Assembly: GCA_001179505.1 (NCBI GenBank)
Contig: CDMY01000098.1
Span: forward strand, 124,001 to 188,000
Direction of reading: 5' to 3'
Source: Vitrella brassicaformis CCMP3155
Lineage: Eukaryota; Protista; Chromerida
Length of the DNA stretch: 64,000 bases
A program made the translations under genes and the position numbers. Shown here one piece after another: positions 36,653 to 49,799 of this stretch (position 1 is the stretch's first letter; every line of letters starts with the position of its first letter). The notes beneath the pieces were generated by a model. The model saw nothing but the letters and a program-made list of their open reading frames with translations, was not told the DNA's origin and did not search any database.

Positions 36653-37017
36653 ATGAGCGTGGGAGAGATGACGCACCTCTACCGGCAGATCTTGAGGACA
36701 GCCAACCGGTTCGACGACAAAAACTTCAGGCTCTACTTCATCAGAAGGGTCGGTCGGCGGTCAGCCACTTACTGACAGCACACACAGACACACACACAGA
36801 ATGGTTTTAAAAGTGTGTTGTGCTTGTGTGTGTGCAGGCCCACGAGGACTTTCGGTCATTCTATCATTCGCAGGAGTCCAAGTCGCTGGGGGAGGAGGGG
36901 GAGGGGGAGGGGCGGCAGTCGTTTTTGCGCAGGATGGAGGAGCACCTGGCGATGCTGCAGCGACAGACCGCCATCGGCCACATGTACTGGCACGAGGGCA
37001 TCCATGCCAAGAGATAG
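36653..37017 (+). CDS. ISD11: LYR-motif protein ISD11/LYRM4 (Fe-S cluster assembly, NFS1 partner)
   Basis: MSVGEMTHLYRQILRTANRFDDKNFRLYFIRR|AHEDFR..EEHLAMLQRQTAIGHMYW; the LYR..R..F..NFR.Y..RR...F and L..L.RQ..IG.MY patterns are typical of ISD11; one phase-0 intron. Confidence 0.82.
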
Positions 37018-37333
37018 CTAGATAGTGATGACCATGACGGTGCTTGGTTGGTGCCAAGGGGTGTGTGCTGTGCGATGGTGTGCTAATATATTATGCGTGC
37101 GTTTCTGTCGATATGGCTCTTGTATCAAGATCATGATGAGAGAGAGTTTTTGACACTTCTTTCCCTCTCACTGTGCGTCTGTGGACGGACCTCAATGAGG
37201 TGACTCTCCCTTGATGTGCTCAACTCGAGCACCAAATTGATGGATGGATGGATGGGCGGGAGCGTCACACACACACACACACACACACAGATGCAGAAAC
37301 ACACGAAGCCATGATCTCTCGCACAAGCACTGT

Positions 37334-38931
37334 TCATTCGGTCTTGCTGCTGCTGCTGCCGCTGCCCTTCGCTACCATCTTCTCTCTCCTGACCCGCGAG
37401 AGGACGCCCACAAAGCCATAGAGCAGGGTGGCGTTGAAGGCCAGCTGCACCACCGTGCCCATCATGCCGCTGCACCGATGGCCTGTGGGTGGAAGGAACC
37501 ACACACACACACTCATCAATCGCAGAGGACAGACAGCCGCACCTGTCTGTCTGTTGGGTCAATCAGAAGACTTGATGACCTACCTGTTGTGTGAAGCGTC
37601 ACAGTCACGGCGGCGCACGCGAATGACGTGGCGAACTGGACTATCTGCAGCTGCGTGATATACCTAAACACACACACACACACACACACATTGGTCCATC
37701 CATTCAGCCATCCAGCCGTCTACGAGTGTGTGTGTGTGGGTGTAGGCGCCCCCACCGACCGACCGTTTCCACCATGGGTCGATTCCGACTGACTTGAGGG
37801 CGAAGTAAAGGTACATGACCACATGCACCAAGCAATTGAACACCTGGCCCACAAACTGCATAAACCGGCACACAACACACAAGTGAGCTGAACCAGACGC
37901 ACACACACACACACACAGAGGCTCTCTCTCGCTCTGTCTGTGTGTCTGTCTGTGTGTCTGTCTGTCTGTGTGTGTGTGTGTAGTAGTCTGGTTACTTACG
38001 ATGAGTGTGCCGACGGTGTCGATCCACAGCCACACGGCCAAGACGATGCCAGCGTGGTGATAGACATGCAGCAAGTACGACGGGGGACGGCGGCCCTTCA
38101 GCAACTGACACACACACACACAGACAGACAAAGGAGAGAAAGGAACAAGACAAGAATGGCACCATCTCTCTGTCAGTCACACATTCGCCACTGAGTGGTC
38201 TGTCTCTTTGTGACCACAAACTGAGTGACCTGCAGAATGGTGTCGAGAAGCTCCCAGTACTTGGACACATAATACACATACCTTCACATTCACACACACA
38301 CACAGACACGTGTGTGTGTGTGTGGGCAGGGCATGCAACACACAGACACAAAGGCCGAACGAATGGCACTTACACACTTACACCCAGAAATACAGCGGCC
38401 CCCTCGCCGTCGTCCCCTCCACCTCACACACCAGCCACAGCGCACTGCCGTCTGCCGCCACACGCCGCCCCGCCTCACACACGGTGCCCACCAGCATGAT
38501 CAGAGAAATGACACTCAGCAACGCATTGTGCACTGCAATGCAACCAGACAGACAATCTGCCTCTGTCTGTGTGTGTGTGTGTGTGTGTTGATGACCACAC
38601 GCGCAGAGCATACCAGCCTGAATGGGGCCAATGTGGGAAGAAAGTCCGGCGGCGGCTCCCTTGCCGCCGTCGGACCTCCGCTGCACACACAGCGCGTCAA
38701 GGGAGAGGACGAGGCCCACATACACACACACACCAACCTGACACACACACAAGACCGACTCTGCACTGCTGTCTGTCTGTCTGTCTGTGTGCGCATCTGT
38801 CTGTCTGCCTGTGGATGTGATGTGGATGGCGCACCTACCGTCGGTGTGCGGACGTCGCTGAGCGGTGCGTCGCGCCAGTCGAAGGACAATGGATCAGACA
38901 GCGTCGTCACAAGCGATGCAGCGGCCTCCAT
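37334..38931 (-). CDS. ELO-family fatty acid elongase
   Basis: VHNALLSVIS, GPLYFW, YYVSKYWELLDT, HVYHH (His box), FNCLVHVVMYLYF, WWKRYITQLQIVQF; all junctions in phase. Confidence 0.95.
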
Positions 38932-39387
38932 CTTGCAGCCACGCACCGACACAAAGGCAGACGATGGGCCTTGCAGTGCCCTGTTGGCGAAGATCTGCTT
39001 CTCTTCAAGCGAGCCTAGGGTGCGAGCTTGTGGTCGCTGTGGTGTGTGGAAAAAAAGTTGAGAACCACACATTCGTAGAGCTCACGGGATACAGGCGTGA
39101 CAGGTTCGCCCGGATCTGCCGAACGACCTGTTCGCGACAGCCTTTCCGCGCTTGAGAGACATCTGCGGCCTCGAGGACGGCCACAGAAGCAGCACACGCC
39201 AGCCGAGGGGCGCATGCACCGCACCGCTCCCCCATTGGCCCGCTGACCGGCCCCCGTTCACCGTCGACGAGCGGCAACTGCATGCGGATGCCGTAGAGGC
39301 GAGTCGACTTCAGTCGAGTGTTTGAAGGAAAGGAGCCTCCGATAGAACCGACTCGTCTGACAACGGATAGAGTGCGTCTCTCTCGTC

Positions 39388-40272
39388 ATGGAGAAGGAGG
39401 ACGAGAGAAGGGATGAGCGAAGGGAGGAGAGGCGCGAGGAGAGAGACCGTCATGACGGCGAGGAGTCGTCTGTGGCTGGCGACGGAGAGGGCCGCAAGGC
39501 CTGGGCGGACGTGAGCGACGATGAGGACGTCCTGCCGCACCACCAGCACCACCAGCACCGCGGCGAGAGGGGAACCCCGCAAAGGCGCGACGGTATGCAT
39601 GTCTGTGGGCGAGTCACTGAATCGATGGACACAGCCTGGTCGATCCCTCGTGTGTGCGTGTGGCTTGGTGGCTTGCTTGGTGCAGAGGAGGAGGATGAGG
39701 GCGAGCGCTATGGCGAGCGAGAGCGTGGCGGTGGCGGCGGAGGTGGGCGTCAGCGTGGTGATCGGCCCTCTCGTCCGGCGGGCAGGGACCGATATGACGA
39801 CTATGACGATAGACGTGAGTCGAGTCGAGTCGAGGGAGTGACATCCACACACACAGACACAGACACGGACACAGACACGGACAGGCGTCAGTCACATCAT
39901 CTGGTGTGTGTGCAGGTGGTGGTGGTGGAGGTGGTGGGTATCGTGACCGCGGCGGCTATGACGACTACGGCAGGGGCGGTCGCGGCCCGCCCCCGCCGCG
40001 CGGCGGGGGACGGGACAGGTACTACGAGAGGGAGAGGTGCCCGCCCATCCCGGAAACCGTAAGCACCACATGTGATCCATCCATCCATCGATCGACCGAA
40101 TGGTTCGTGTGCTGGTTGGTCAGTATAAGGGCCCCTATTGTTTGATGCTGCACAACATTCCCTACGAGGCCATTAGGCGCGACGTGGAAGACTTCCTCAG
40201 ACCTTGCAGAGTCAGACAGACAGCACAGCACAGCCAGACAACCCTCCCTCGCTCGCCAACCTTGGCTGTGCA

Positions 40273-40308
<36 letters not shown>

Positions 40309-43300
40309 TGCGTGTGTGTGCGTGTGTGTGCGTGTGTGTGGCTGTGCAGGCGGACCACATAAGGCTGGACCTCGACCCTCGCAATCCTAGCAAGAATGTC
40401 GGCAGATGTGAGCAGCCACACACACACACACACACACGCCACGCGCCTCACCGCTTTATCTATCATATGTCTGTCGCCCACACTCACTCAGGTTACGTCG
40501 AGTTCGACGACCGTCGCGACTTTGAGGATGTGTGGAAACTCGAAGGAGAGGTGCGGACACACTCACACACAATATGTCTTCAATCACACGCAGGCACACA
40601 CTGACTGCCTCCCCTCCATGGGTTTCAGAGGATGCTCGGCCGCGAGATCCGCATCAGCCTGGCCGACGAGATGAAGGGCGCCATCGGCGGCCGGGGGGCG
40701 CCTGGCGGCCGACGCGACGACAGAGACAGACCTGGATACGGCTTCACGCGCAGAAGGCAAGACTGACAAGCCCACACACACAGACAGGCAGCGCACAGAT
40801 CTTTGTGTGCATGTGTGTGTGTGTGTGTGTATGTGCAGCAGCAGGGAGGATGACTATTATCGTGACTCTGACTACCATCGCGGCTATAGCTATGGCGGTG
40901 GTGGTGGCGGTGGCGGTGGCGGTGGGGGCCGCGACAGGTACCCCAACCTCGGGCGCTCGGACAGAGACCGAGACGGTGGCTACAGGGACAGGGAGAGGGA
41001 CCGGCGGCCGTCATACGGCCGATACGACGACAGAGATCGGGACAGAGACAGAGGTAAGCAAAGCCATCCATCCATCCATCCCTGGCTCCACCCACACCTG
41101 GATGGCGTGCATTTCAGGCGACATGACCCCAGCGAGCAGCGTCAGCCACGGCGGGCGGCACGTCCACTCGCCCAGCGAGACCCCCAAGTCGTCGGCACAC
41201 GGGGCGACGGCAGCAGGGGAAGACAAGCCCTTCCACCCGGTGCAGCACCTCCACCTCGACAAGCCCAAGGGGCCCATCGACACACCCGCATCGCTCCCTA
41301 GGCAGTGAGTCAGTCACTTCTTCATAAGTGCTGTGCTCGCTCGGCTTAAGAGCTTGATTTGTCATGGTGGCTGGTGGTGTGCATGCTATGCTCATCTGAG
41401 TCTCTCTCTAACTGTCTGTCTGTGTGTGTCTGTGTGTGTGTGTATTAGGGGCCGCACAGCGTCGATATTCGGCACGGGTAAGCCTCGCGATGAGAAGGAG
41501 ATCCAGCAGCGGAAACAGGTGAGGCGTCTAGCAATCTCCCTCCCTCCCCGCCGCCTCATCTCACCACCCCACCACCCCACCATCCATCCATTCACTGATT
41601 CATTGGCTGCAGGAGGAGAGGGCCAAGGACGACCCGCCCACGCCCGCGTCGGCGTCTGGGTCTGCCTCTGCGTCGGCGGCACACGCCCATGACGACCCAC
41701 ATGACCACCACGGTCATGGACACGGACATGGACATGGACATGGACATGGCGGCAGCGAGTTCCATCAGGAGGAATGGGACAAAGGGCAAAGGTACGCTTC
41801 CCTCCCACCCCTCCACAGGACTCACCCCCGACACGCACTCTCACTTTGCTACTGTGTGTGTCTGGTGTCTGCTGTCTACTGCTCAGGTCACAGGGCGAGC
41901 CCAAGCACACCCACACCCACACGGACAAGGAGGGTGACGACGACGACGACCACCACGACCACCCCCCTGGCCAGCCCACCCCGCCGGCCGTGTCGGCTAC
42001 AGCGGCCATCAAGCCCTCAGGGGGCGGGGGCAACTACTGGAAGGACCGAGAGCAGCAGCACCAGCACCAGCAGCATCATGGCGAGACCCTGCCGTCCGGC
42101 TCGCTCATAACGCCTCAGGGGGTGGTGCCCCGCTCACACCCGCCCCCGCCCCCCTCCCGTCCGCCACCGCCTGTCGACGGTCAGTCTGTGTGAGAGGAGA
42201 GAGAGGTCCATCACGGCCAACAGAAGTGACAACACGCCTTCTCTCTCTCTGTGTGGGTGTCTCTGGGTGCAGCAGATGAGTCACCACCCAAGCAGGAGCA
42301 GCAGCCGGCATATCGCATCCTCAAGAGGGAGGACGTCCCTCCCCATCATGCCGCCGACTATGGCGACGACAACCATCAGCATGAGGGCGATCATGGTGAG
42401 GGCGACAGCGACGGCCTGTTCGACCAGGAGGAGGGCGACGAGTGGACCAAGACCACCAAGACGCCCAAAAACATGAAGTGGCAGGCCAAGCGTGAGAATG
42501 AAGAATAAGAGCATCTGCTAGTGTGTGCAGGGGGTGAGGTGATATGTGTGGGTGTGTGTGTGTCACCGTGTGCGTCAGGTTCGGAAACCGACCTGTCGCC
42601 GACGGACCACGGCAAGATAGCAGAGATTCCTGAGGCTAAAGGTGGGTTTAGGTGCGAGCGACATGGACACGCGGACGCACTCACCACCCGCCACAGCCAC
42701 AGCACCTTTCTCTGTGTGTGGGTCCATGTGCAGCATCGCCCGTCACACCCCCTCCGCTCAGCAGTGGTGGCGGCGGCTCTGTGTGGGGCCGCCCGGGACC
42801 ATCATTCGCCGCTGTCGTCAAAGGCGAGTCGGCCACTCCCCCTTCGCCCGCTCCCCCAGCAGCCCCAATCCGTTATATCAACAACACCACCAGCAGCAGC
42901 AGCAGCACCACGAGAGGCCGAGGGCGGGCCAACGGGGCCTTCAACAACACCAGTACCAACAGCAATAATCAGGCCATCCGGCCGCCACCATTGGGCGGTA
43001 TCGGAGGTGACCACAAGCCTCCGCTGATTCTGAAGGTGCCGCAGGGGGGCCCCCCGGTGCCCTTCGACGAGGGCGTGCACATGCAGCAGCCGGTGCCCCC
43101 GATGGTGGGAGGGCCGCGGCCGCCGCATATGGAGCATCGTGGCCGTGGGAGGGGTTTGTTGGGGAGGGGGGCGGACGGCATGGAACACCGAGGAGGGAGA
43201 GGGGGCGGCCGCGGTGGAAGGGGGAGAGGAGGTCAGTCAGTCGCGCGCACACACACACACACACACACGCACGACTGATTGATACCTACCAAAGACAGAG

Positions 43301-44355
43301 ACAGAGAGTGAGGGAGACGATGCTCTGTGCCCTTTCAGGTGATTTCTACGGCAACGCCTACGATGAGAACTGGCGGACCGGTGCACCCACACCACCCAGA
43401 GGTAACCACACATCAGACCAGACGGGCAGGAACCATCCCTCAATGTGTTGTGTTTCTGCAGGCCGTGCTTTCCCACGCGGCGGTCGTGGTGGGCACCCTC
43501 GCGGCCGCGGCGACTGGGCTGCCGGCCCGACCACACACGACGGTGACGGCATCCTGGGGCCGGGAGGAGGTCACGGGCTCCACGGCCATGACGGCCCCGG
43601 TGACGCGCAGCACGATGGCGACCAGCAGATGGTGGGGTCGCCCACGTACAACCAGTCGTCGCAGAGGACGCCCACTGGCAGGGGAGGCAGAGGGGGCCGC
43701 GGCAGAGGTCAGTAACTAATACACACACAAACCAGACGACAACCAACCAACACACCAGAACCGCACTGCTTGCTGGACTACATGACACTTCGCTCGCTCA
43801 GGTAACCTCGGTTATCGCCCCAAACAGGGCAGCCCCTCGCCCACGTCGTCCCCTCATCCAGCCGACTCGCCCGAGCCGCAGGTGGACGGCCACGGTGGCC
43901 GGGAGGACAACAGCCCGGCTGCCCCTGCTGCTGCCGGTGGTGCTGGAGCTGGGGGGGAGGGTGGTGGTGGTGGTAGTGGCGGTGGTAAGGAGGGCATTGT
44001 GCGTCGTCACGACGAGCTGTCGAGTCAGAGCACCCTGCCGATGGTGGGGTCCATCTCCATCAACGGCAAGGGCAACGAACACCTCACAACCGGTACGCTG
44101 ATCAGAGAGAGAGGGAGAGGGATGGACGGACGGATGGATGGATGGATGACCCCATGTATCTCTTCCTCTGTGCGTGTGTGTGTGTGTGTGTGTGCAGCGT
44201 CTCGCCAGCAGGCCGACAAGGAGGAGGGTGCCGCCAGTAGTAAGGGTGCTGGCGGCGGTGCCCCTGGCAAGAAGGGCTCCTCCAAGGGCAGCAGCGGCGT
44301 CTCCGCCAACAACCCCTTCGCCGCCCTCCAGAACGATGATGACGACGACGACTGA
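39388..44355 (+). CDS. eIF4B-like RRM RNA-binding protein with DRYG/RGG-rich disordered regions
   Basis: AWADVSD near the N-terminus; RRM (LMLHNIPYEA..DVEDFL..|CYVEFDDRRD..LEGE|RMLGREIRISLA); D/R/Y/G-rich tracts; SIFGTGKPRDE motif resembling eIF4B; RGG boxes; NPFAAL near the C-terminus. Confidence 0.7.
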
Positions 44356-45556
44356 CTGACTGCCTGACGAGCGGCATCCGGGCGTCCCGTCTCGTCTCCC
44401 TCTGTCTCTCTGGCTCTCTCTGTGTGTCGTCAGTCCCACACTCATTCGGTAGTCACCTTAGATGTACCATTAGCAAGGGGTGGGTGTGGGTGTGGGGGTC
44501 GGTGTGTGGGTGGGCAGGATGGATGGATGTGATGGCGGCTTTTAAGAGAGGGAGAGAGGGGGATGTGTGGGCGGACGATGGTGGGGGGACGGCGGTGGGT
44601 GAGGTGAGATGGTGGGTGGATTGAAGACACCTGAGTGACACGATGGATGGATGGATGGATGTCGCACTCGCTTCGCTTCTTTTTGTTGACTGCATTGTTG
44701 AATGTTGTCGCCTCCAGAAGCCCGCCCTCACTCAGTCAGCTGATTGTATCTATATTTATGAGGTAGTGTGTTTGTGGTATGTGTATGGTGTGCTCTTCCT
44801 CTGCTCGAGCGCTCGCTCAGTGGCTGTGCACTGAGCGAACCGCTTGAGATGAGGTTGTGCACCACACGCACACACTACACAGACACACACACACACACAC
44901 ACACAATGGCAATGGAAAACATCGACACACTCGACGGCTCACTGACGGCGATTGATTATTTCATCGCCGTGTTCATTTCTTGGACACCCCACAAACCAAA
45001 CCCACTTGGATGGATGGATGGCTAGATGGCCGGCTGGAGGGATGGTTAACTGAGTGGGTACCGGTCTGGGGCGTGCACGTGTGTGTATGCCTGTGGTGCG
45101 ATAGAGGCGACTGGCTCACCTAGTGGCAGGCAGGCACGTTCCCAGTGGCAGGCATTCAGGCAGGCAGGCAGCTTGACGTGACTTAAGTCCCCATGCATGT
45201 GGATCTCTCTGTGAGCTTACGTGTGTGTGTCTCTCTCTGCCTCTCTGTCTGTCGGTGTGCTGACGAATCAATCCCTGCTGTTTAACCCATGGACACACAC
45301 ACACGCCCTGCACCCTGCACACTGCACTGCCGGCCCCCCAATCCAAGCCGCAGCCCCACACAGACAGACACACCAGGTTGACTGACACGTGAGATCATTG
45401 ATCATCTTTGGGCGGCCAGATCGGATCGGCCTGCCTTTTCAAAAACAGCACTGTGTCGGTCGTTGAGGGGAAAACAAAAACCTTAAAAAAACTCGGAGTT
45501 CTTCTCGGGTGGATGGAAAAGTGCTGCTGTCGGTAGTGGGTGCCGCTGCCCGGCAC

Positions 45557-46829
45557 TCACTTCTTGACTGCATTGCACCCCCCCACACACCCACGCAGAG
45601 AGACAACAAGTACACCAAGTTGGTTGGTGCTATTTCTATGTCTCTCTCTCTCTCTCTCTGTCTCTCTGCACCCACCTTTTTTGTAGCATTTGGGGCCCTT
45701 GCCTTTGGCGCTATAGCAGCACTTGAGCAGCTGCAGACAGACAGACAACAGCAGCACAGACACCAAGCACATCACATGCATATGCGTCTCACCTCACCCA
45801 CACTCATCCCCATTCATTGTCACCCATTGTCAATGATCAGTGGTCACTCACTTTGCAGGCGAACTGGCCGGTGCCCTTATTGCCGCAGCGCTTCTTCTTC
45901 TTGACCGGCACGTTCTTGCAGGTGCCTACACACACACACAAACACACACACACAAAACACCGAGAGAGAGACACAAGCCATCCATCCAGCCATCCATCCA
46001 TCCACGAACGGTTCGGTGGGAGTCTTTGTGCACCTTTTTTCGGCGGAGCGGTCATGCGCTTGAACTGCACCTTGGGCTTGACGGGGACGGGCTTGCGGCC
46101 CTTGATAATTTTCATCGCGTTGATGATCTTCTTCTCGCCCTGAGAGACACATATAATACACAGACAGACAGGCACACAGAGGGAGGGGGGAAAGGCTGGC
46201 TGGCTCGCTGGCTGCCATCTCTCATCTCTCTCTGTGTGCTGTGTTGTGTTATGTTATGTTATGTGTGTGAGGGTGCTTGCCTTAAGTGATGTGATGCGCA
46301 GCTTGAGGGGCGGCTTGATGAGGTTCTTGGGCCACTTGCCGGGGATCTGGCTCGTCTTGATCTGACATGCAGGCATACACGCATCGCATGTACGTGTCTC
46401 GCCTGTCCCGTTTGTTTGAGTCTCTCTCTCTCTCTCTCTCTGTGTGGGTGGGTGGGTGGGTGGGTGAGGAGGCGGCGGCGCCTTCCTTGTCCTAGGCACC
46501 TGGAAGAACCCGGCTTTCCATTTGAGGTTGAACCACTTCTTGGCGTTGCGGTGCCAGTACCTGACCGACGGCACACACACATCCACAACATCCACACACA
46601 CATTCAACTCTCTCTCTCTCTCTCGAGTCGCTCGTGTCTCCCCGACTCACTCAGTTTTGATGGCCGGCATGGGCATGTTCCGCGGCTGCACGCCGATGTA
46701 GTGCACGCTAGACGCGTCGTCAAATATGATCTGCACACCCGCCTTGCCGGGGTTGCAATCCTGCGCACGCACAATCGCCCACACCGCACGGAAAGGCAGT
46801 CCGAGCAAAATGGACAAATGGATCTCTGT

Positions 46830-46860
<31 letters not shown>

Positions 46861-48224
46861 GGGGGGNNNNNNNNNNNNNNNNNNNNNNNNNNNNNNNNNN
46901 NNNNNNNNNNNNNNNNNNNNNNNNNNNNNNNNNNNNNNNNNNNNNNNNNNNNNNNNNNNNNNNNNNNNNNNNNNNNNNNNNNNNNNNNNNNNNNNNNNNN
47001 NNNNNNNNNNNNNNNNNNNNNNNNNNNNNNNNNNNNNNNNNNNNNNNNNNNNNNNNNNNNNNNNNNNNNNNNNNNNNNNNNNNNNNNNNNNNNNNNNNNN
47101 NNNNNNNNNNNNNNNNNNNNNNNNNNNNNNNNNNNNNNNNNNNNNNNNNNNNNNNNNNNNNNNNNNGGGGGGGGAGGGCACGCACCACTGCTCTCCACCA
47201 GGTCTTGAAGAGGCCCTTCTGGTTATAGGGCTTCACAGACACGTCCAGCTGGTTCTTGTAGTAGCAGTCAGCACAGCTGACACACACACAGAGATGGATT
47301 CAGGCTCCATCCATCCAGGCATGGCTCAGCTTAGCTTGGTGTGGCTTACGCATTGTTGACGAAGAGTCTGAGCACTTTGCCTTTGGGCGGGTACTCCTTC
47401 TTGTTGGGGCCGGGCACGCCGCCCTTGGGATTCGTGTGCGTCGCTATCGCCTGCACACACACATGACATGGATGGATGGGATGGGGTGCATGCCATGCCG
47501 TGCTGTCACCACACAAACAAAACAACCAAAGGGACACAGGCATGCACCTCACTCAACTCAACTCACCTCGATACACATGCCGCAAGTCTTGCCCTGGAGT
47601 GTCAGCCAACACACACACACACACGGCCGTGGATGAGATGGATTTTGCTGCCGGCAAGCCAAAGCCGAAGCCATGTGCCCGTCTATCCTCTCTCCCTCTT
47701 ACGTTGGCGAATGTGTTGCCGCCGACGTTGGGCAGGGCCACGGAGCCCCACACGCCGTTCTTCCCCGAAGGGGGCTGATGAATGAACGGATGGACGCAAT
47801 GCATGCATGCCAGCGAATGACAACGGGGTGGTCTCTTCAAAGCTTTGTCCGGATCTCTCTCTCTCGTGTGCCCTTTGATGCACCGGTGTGTACCTCAGGG
47901 AACATATGACAAGTCCCACGGGCATCTGAACACACGGAGGCATTGAACACAACACACATCCCCCACAGAAAGATGGGCGTTGTCCATCCATCCATCCGTC
48001 CATCCATACGCACTTTTGGTGAGGGGGTGGTAGTGGCTGATGCTGCCCAGTCTCACCCCCTTGTACAGCGACTTGGCCTTCTGAACGTCCTTCTGCCCCT
48101 CAACTGCCCACACACCACACACCGTCAGCCGAAGCCCTTTCTGCCCTTTTCTCGCCACTCCCATGTGTTATTTCTCACCGAGGGAGCCGATGAAGGCCAC
48201 TGTTACCAGGATAGAGAGCCCCAT
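45557..48224 (-). CDS. Secreted Lys-rich expansin-like protein (DPBB + CBM63-like D2) with C-terminal trefoil (P-type) domain
   Basis: Signal MGLSILVTVAFIGSLVEG; GSVALPNVGGNTFAN|GKTCGMCIE, LFVNNA|CADC..QLDVS, WWRAV|DCNPG..VQIIFDDASS.HYIGVQPRN; C-terminal TCKNVPVKKKKRCGNKGTGQFACK|LLKCCYSAKGKGPKCY. Junction phases are consistent. Confidence 0.8.
46867..47166. other. Assembly gap (300 N) flanked by poly-G inside an expansin intron
   Basis: Run of N between G homopolymers; the flanking exons join in phase (WWRAV|DCNPG). Confidence 0.98.
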
Positions 48225-48286
48225 GACCAAAATGCCCTCCACGAGGAGCCTCTTGATGATTGTAAACGGATCTACCTTGAGGCGTC

Positions 48287-49799
48287 ATGATCTTTCTTGT
48301 TTTCGTCGTCGCGTCGCTCGTGGGAGCATTGGGGACGTCCCTACGCCACATGAGGCTTCAGCAGGAGCCGAATCAGCCGATGACCCATCCTGGGCCCATG
48401 CCGTCTGGTGAGATCTGAAACAGGATCTGAACAAAATGGGAGATCCATCGGTAGATCTGAGTGTGTGGGGATGCGTGTGGTTCAGGAGACCCCATGTGCA
48501 AGAGCGGCATTGTCAGCAAGGACCTCGCCGTCTGCTGCAGACCTGAATGGTGCGCAGCGCATGAACCTTCCAAAGAAAAAGCTTAAGACGGAGGAGAGGT
48601 CCTTGGGTGTGTTGTGTGTTGTGCTGTTGTGCTGTTGTCGTCGTGCAGCTCCGTTTGCTCTGACTATGAGGACTGCAAGGTCGCAAAGTGACTGACCAGC
48701 CATGCATCTCGCAATGTGTGTGCTGCACTGCACTGCAGGCGAGCCCCAATGTCCCCGCCCACTGCTGCCCGGCGCTCATCGTCAAAGGTGCGTGTGTCCG
48801 CCTCATGCATGGCTGCGCGAGAATAGCAGGTGGGTGCATGTCGATGCGTGGCTGCAGCTATGGAGTCGTGTGATGCCACGCATCCGCCGTGTGTCTTGTC
48901 GGAGACATTCAAGAGTAAGTGGGGGGGGGGCTGCCTGCCTGCCTGTCTGTCTGTCTGTCTGTTTGTGTGTGTGTGTGTGTGTGTGCATCGCTATGTGTGA
49001 CGTATGCAGCGAGTGGGCAGGAGTTCCCTGTGGGCGTCAACGACACGTCAGCCGAATGCAACTCGGTCGAGAGGAACGGTCAGCGTGTCTGTCGTCGGCA
49101 CATTCACATACGTACTGAATGTGTAATGATGGTTGGTTGATGCATTAGAGAACTCTCGTCAGGCTGCCGCTGCCGCAAAGGGAACGGTCGGCCCCACACC
49201 AACCAAACAGAGACATAAGGGATTCTTTCACTTGGATGGTTGCAGGTGTCTGGCAAGGCCATCGGAGCTGCCAACGCCGCCGACGTGAAGACGGGACTGA
49301 TCATGCCATAGCTATGTGTCTCACTCTCTCTGTCTATGCAATGCAGGGGCTGACCGACTACGTCATGAAGAACGCGCCGAACAGTGAGCAGTCGACAGAG
49401 GCACAGGCACACCGAGCCGACGCGCAAATGGCGGTGTGGAGAGAGAGAGAGGGAGGGAGGGAGGGAGAGAGAGAGGGGGATAAGCCAGGTCGCGAGGGCA
49501 TTCCTTTGTTGCCTGTTCTGTTTATGCAGGCTGGCGTGGCTGCACAGCAGGCCCTCGACCCCACCAAGACAGCCCAAGACATACAGCCAAACACGTACGC
49601 AGCCACGCACACACACACACAGAGAGAAAGAGAGAGAGGGACAACATCGATCACTGGAGCATGTGGTGTGGTGTGCGGCAGGGACCATGCCGTGAGTGCG
49701 CGTGATGCGGTGCGGGCCATCGCTGAGGGCATCGCCGCCGCCAAGACGCAGACGTATGACACACAGGCGCCACATGCCCCCAGTGTGTCGCCAGCATGA
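48287..49799 (+). CDS. Secreted protein with one 10-Cys module and an Ala-rich tail
   Basis: Signal MIFLVFVVASLVGALG; GDPMCKSGIVSKDLAVCCRPEC|SVCSDYEDCK|ASPNVPAHCCPALIVK|AMESCDATHPPCVL. The phase of the central exons (49010-49200) is unresolved; it ends SVSPA* at 49799. Confidence 0.7.

Noticed and set aside
37590-37630. Apparent frameshift in the elongase after QFATSF
   Set aside because: Careful reverse complement reads ttc gcg tgc gcc (FACAAVTVTLH), which is in frame.
44906-45025. Short ORF MAMENIDTLDGSLTAIDYF..
   Set aside because: No splice partners or recognisable motif; it lies in a convergent intergenic region.
45850-46360. Lys-rich exons initially suggesting a ribosomal protein
   Set aside because: They splice in phase to a signal peptide, expansin motifs and a trefoil; no ribosomal protein motif was recognised.
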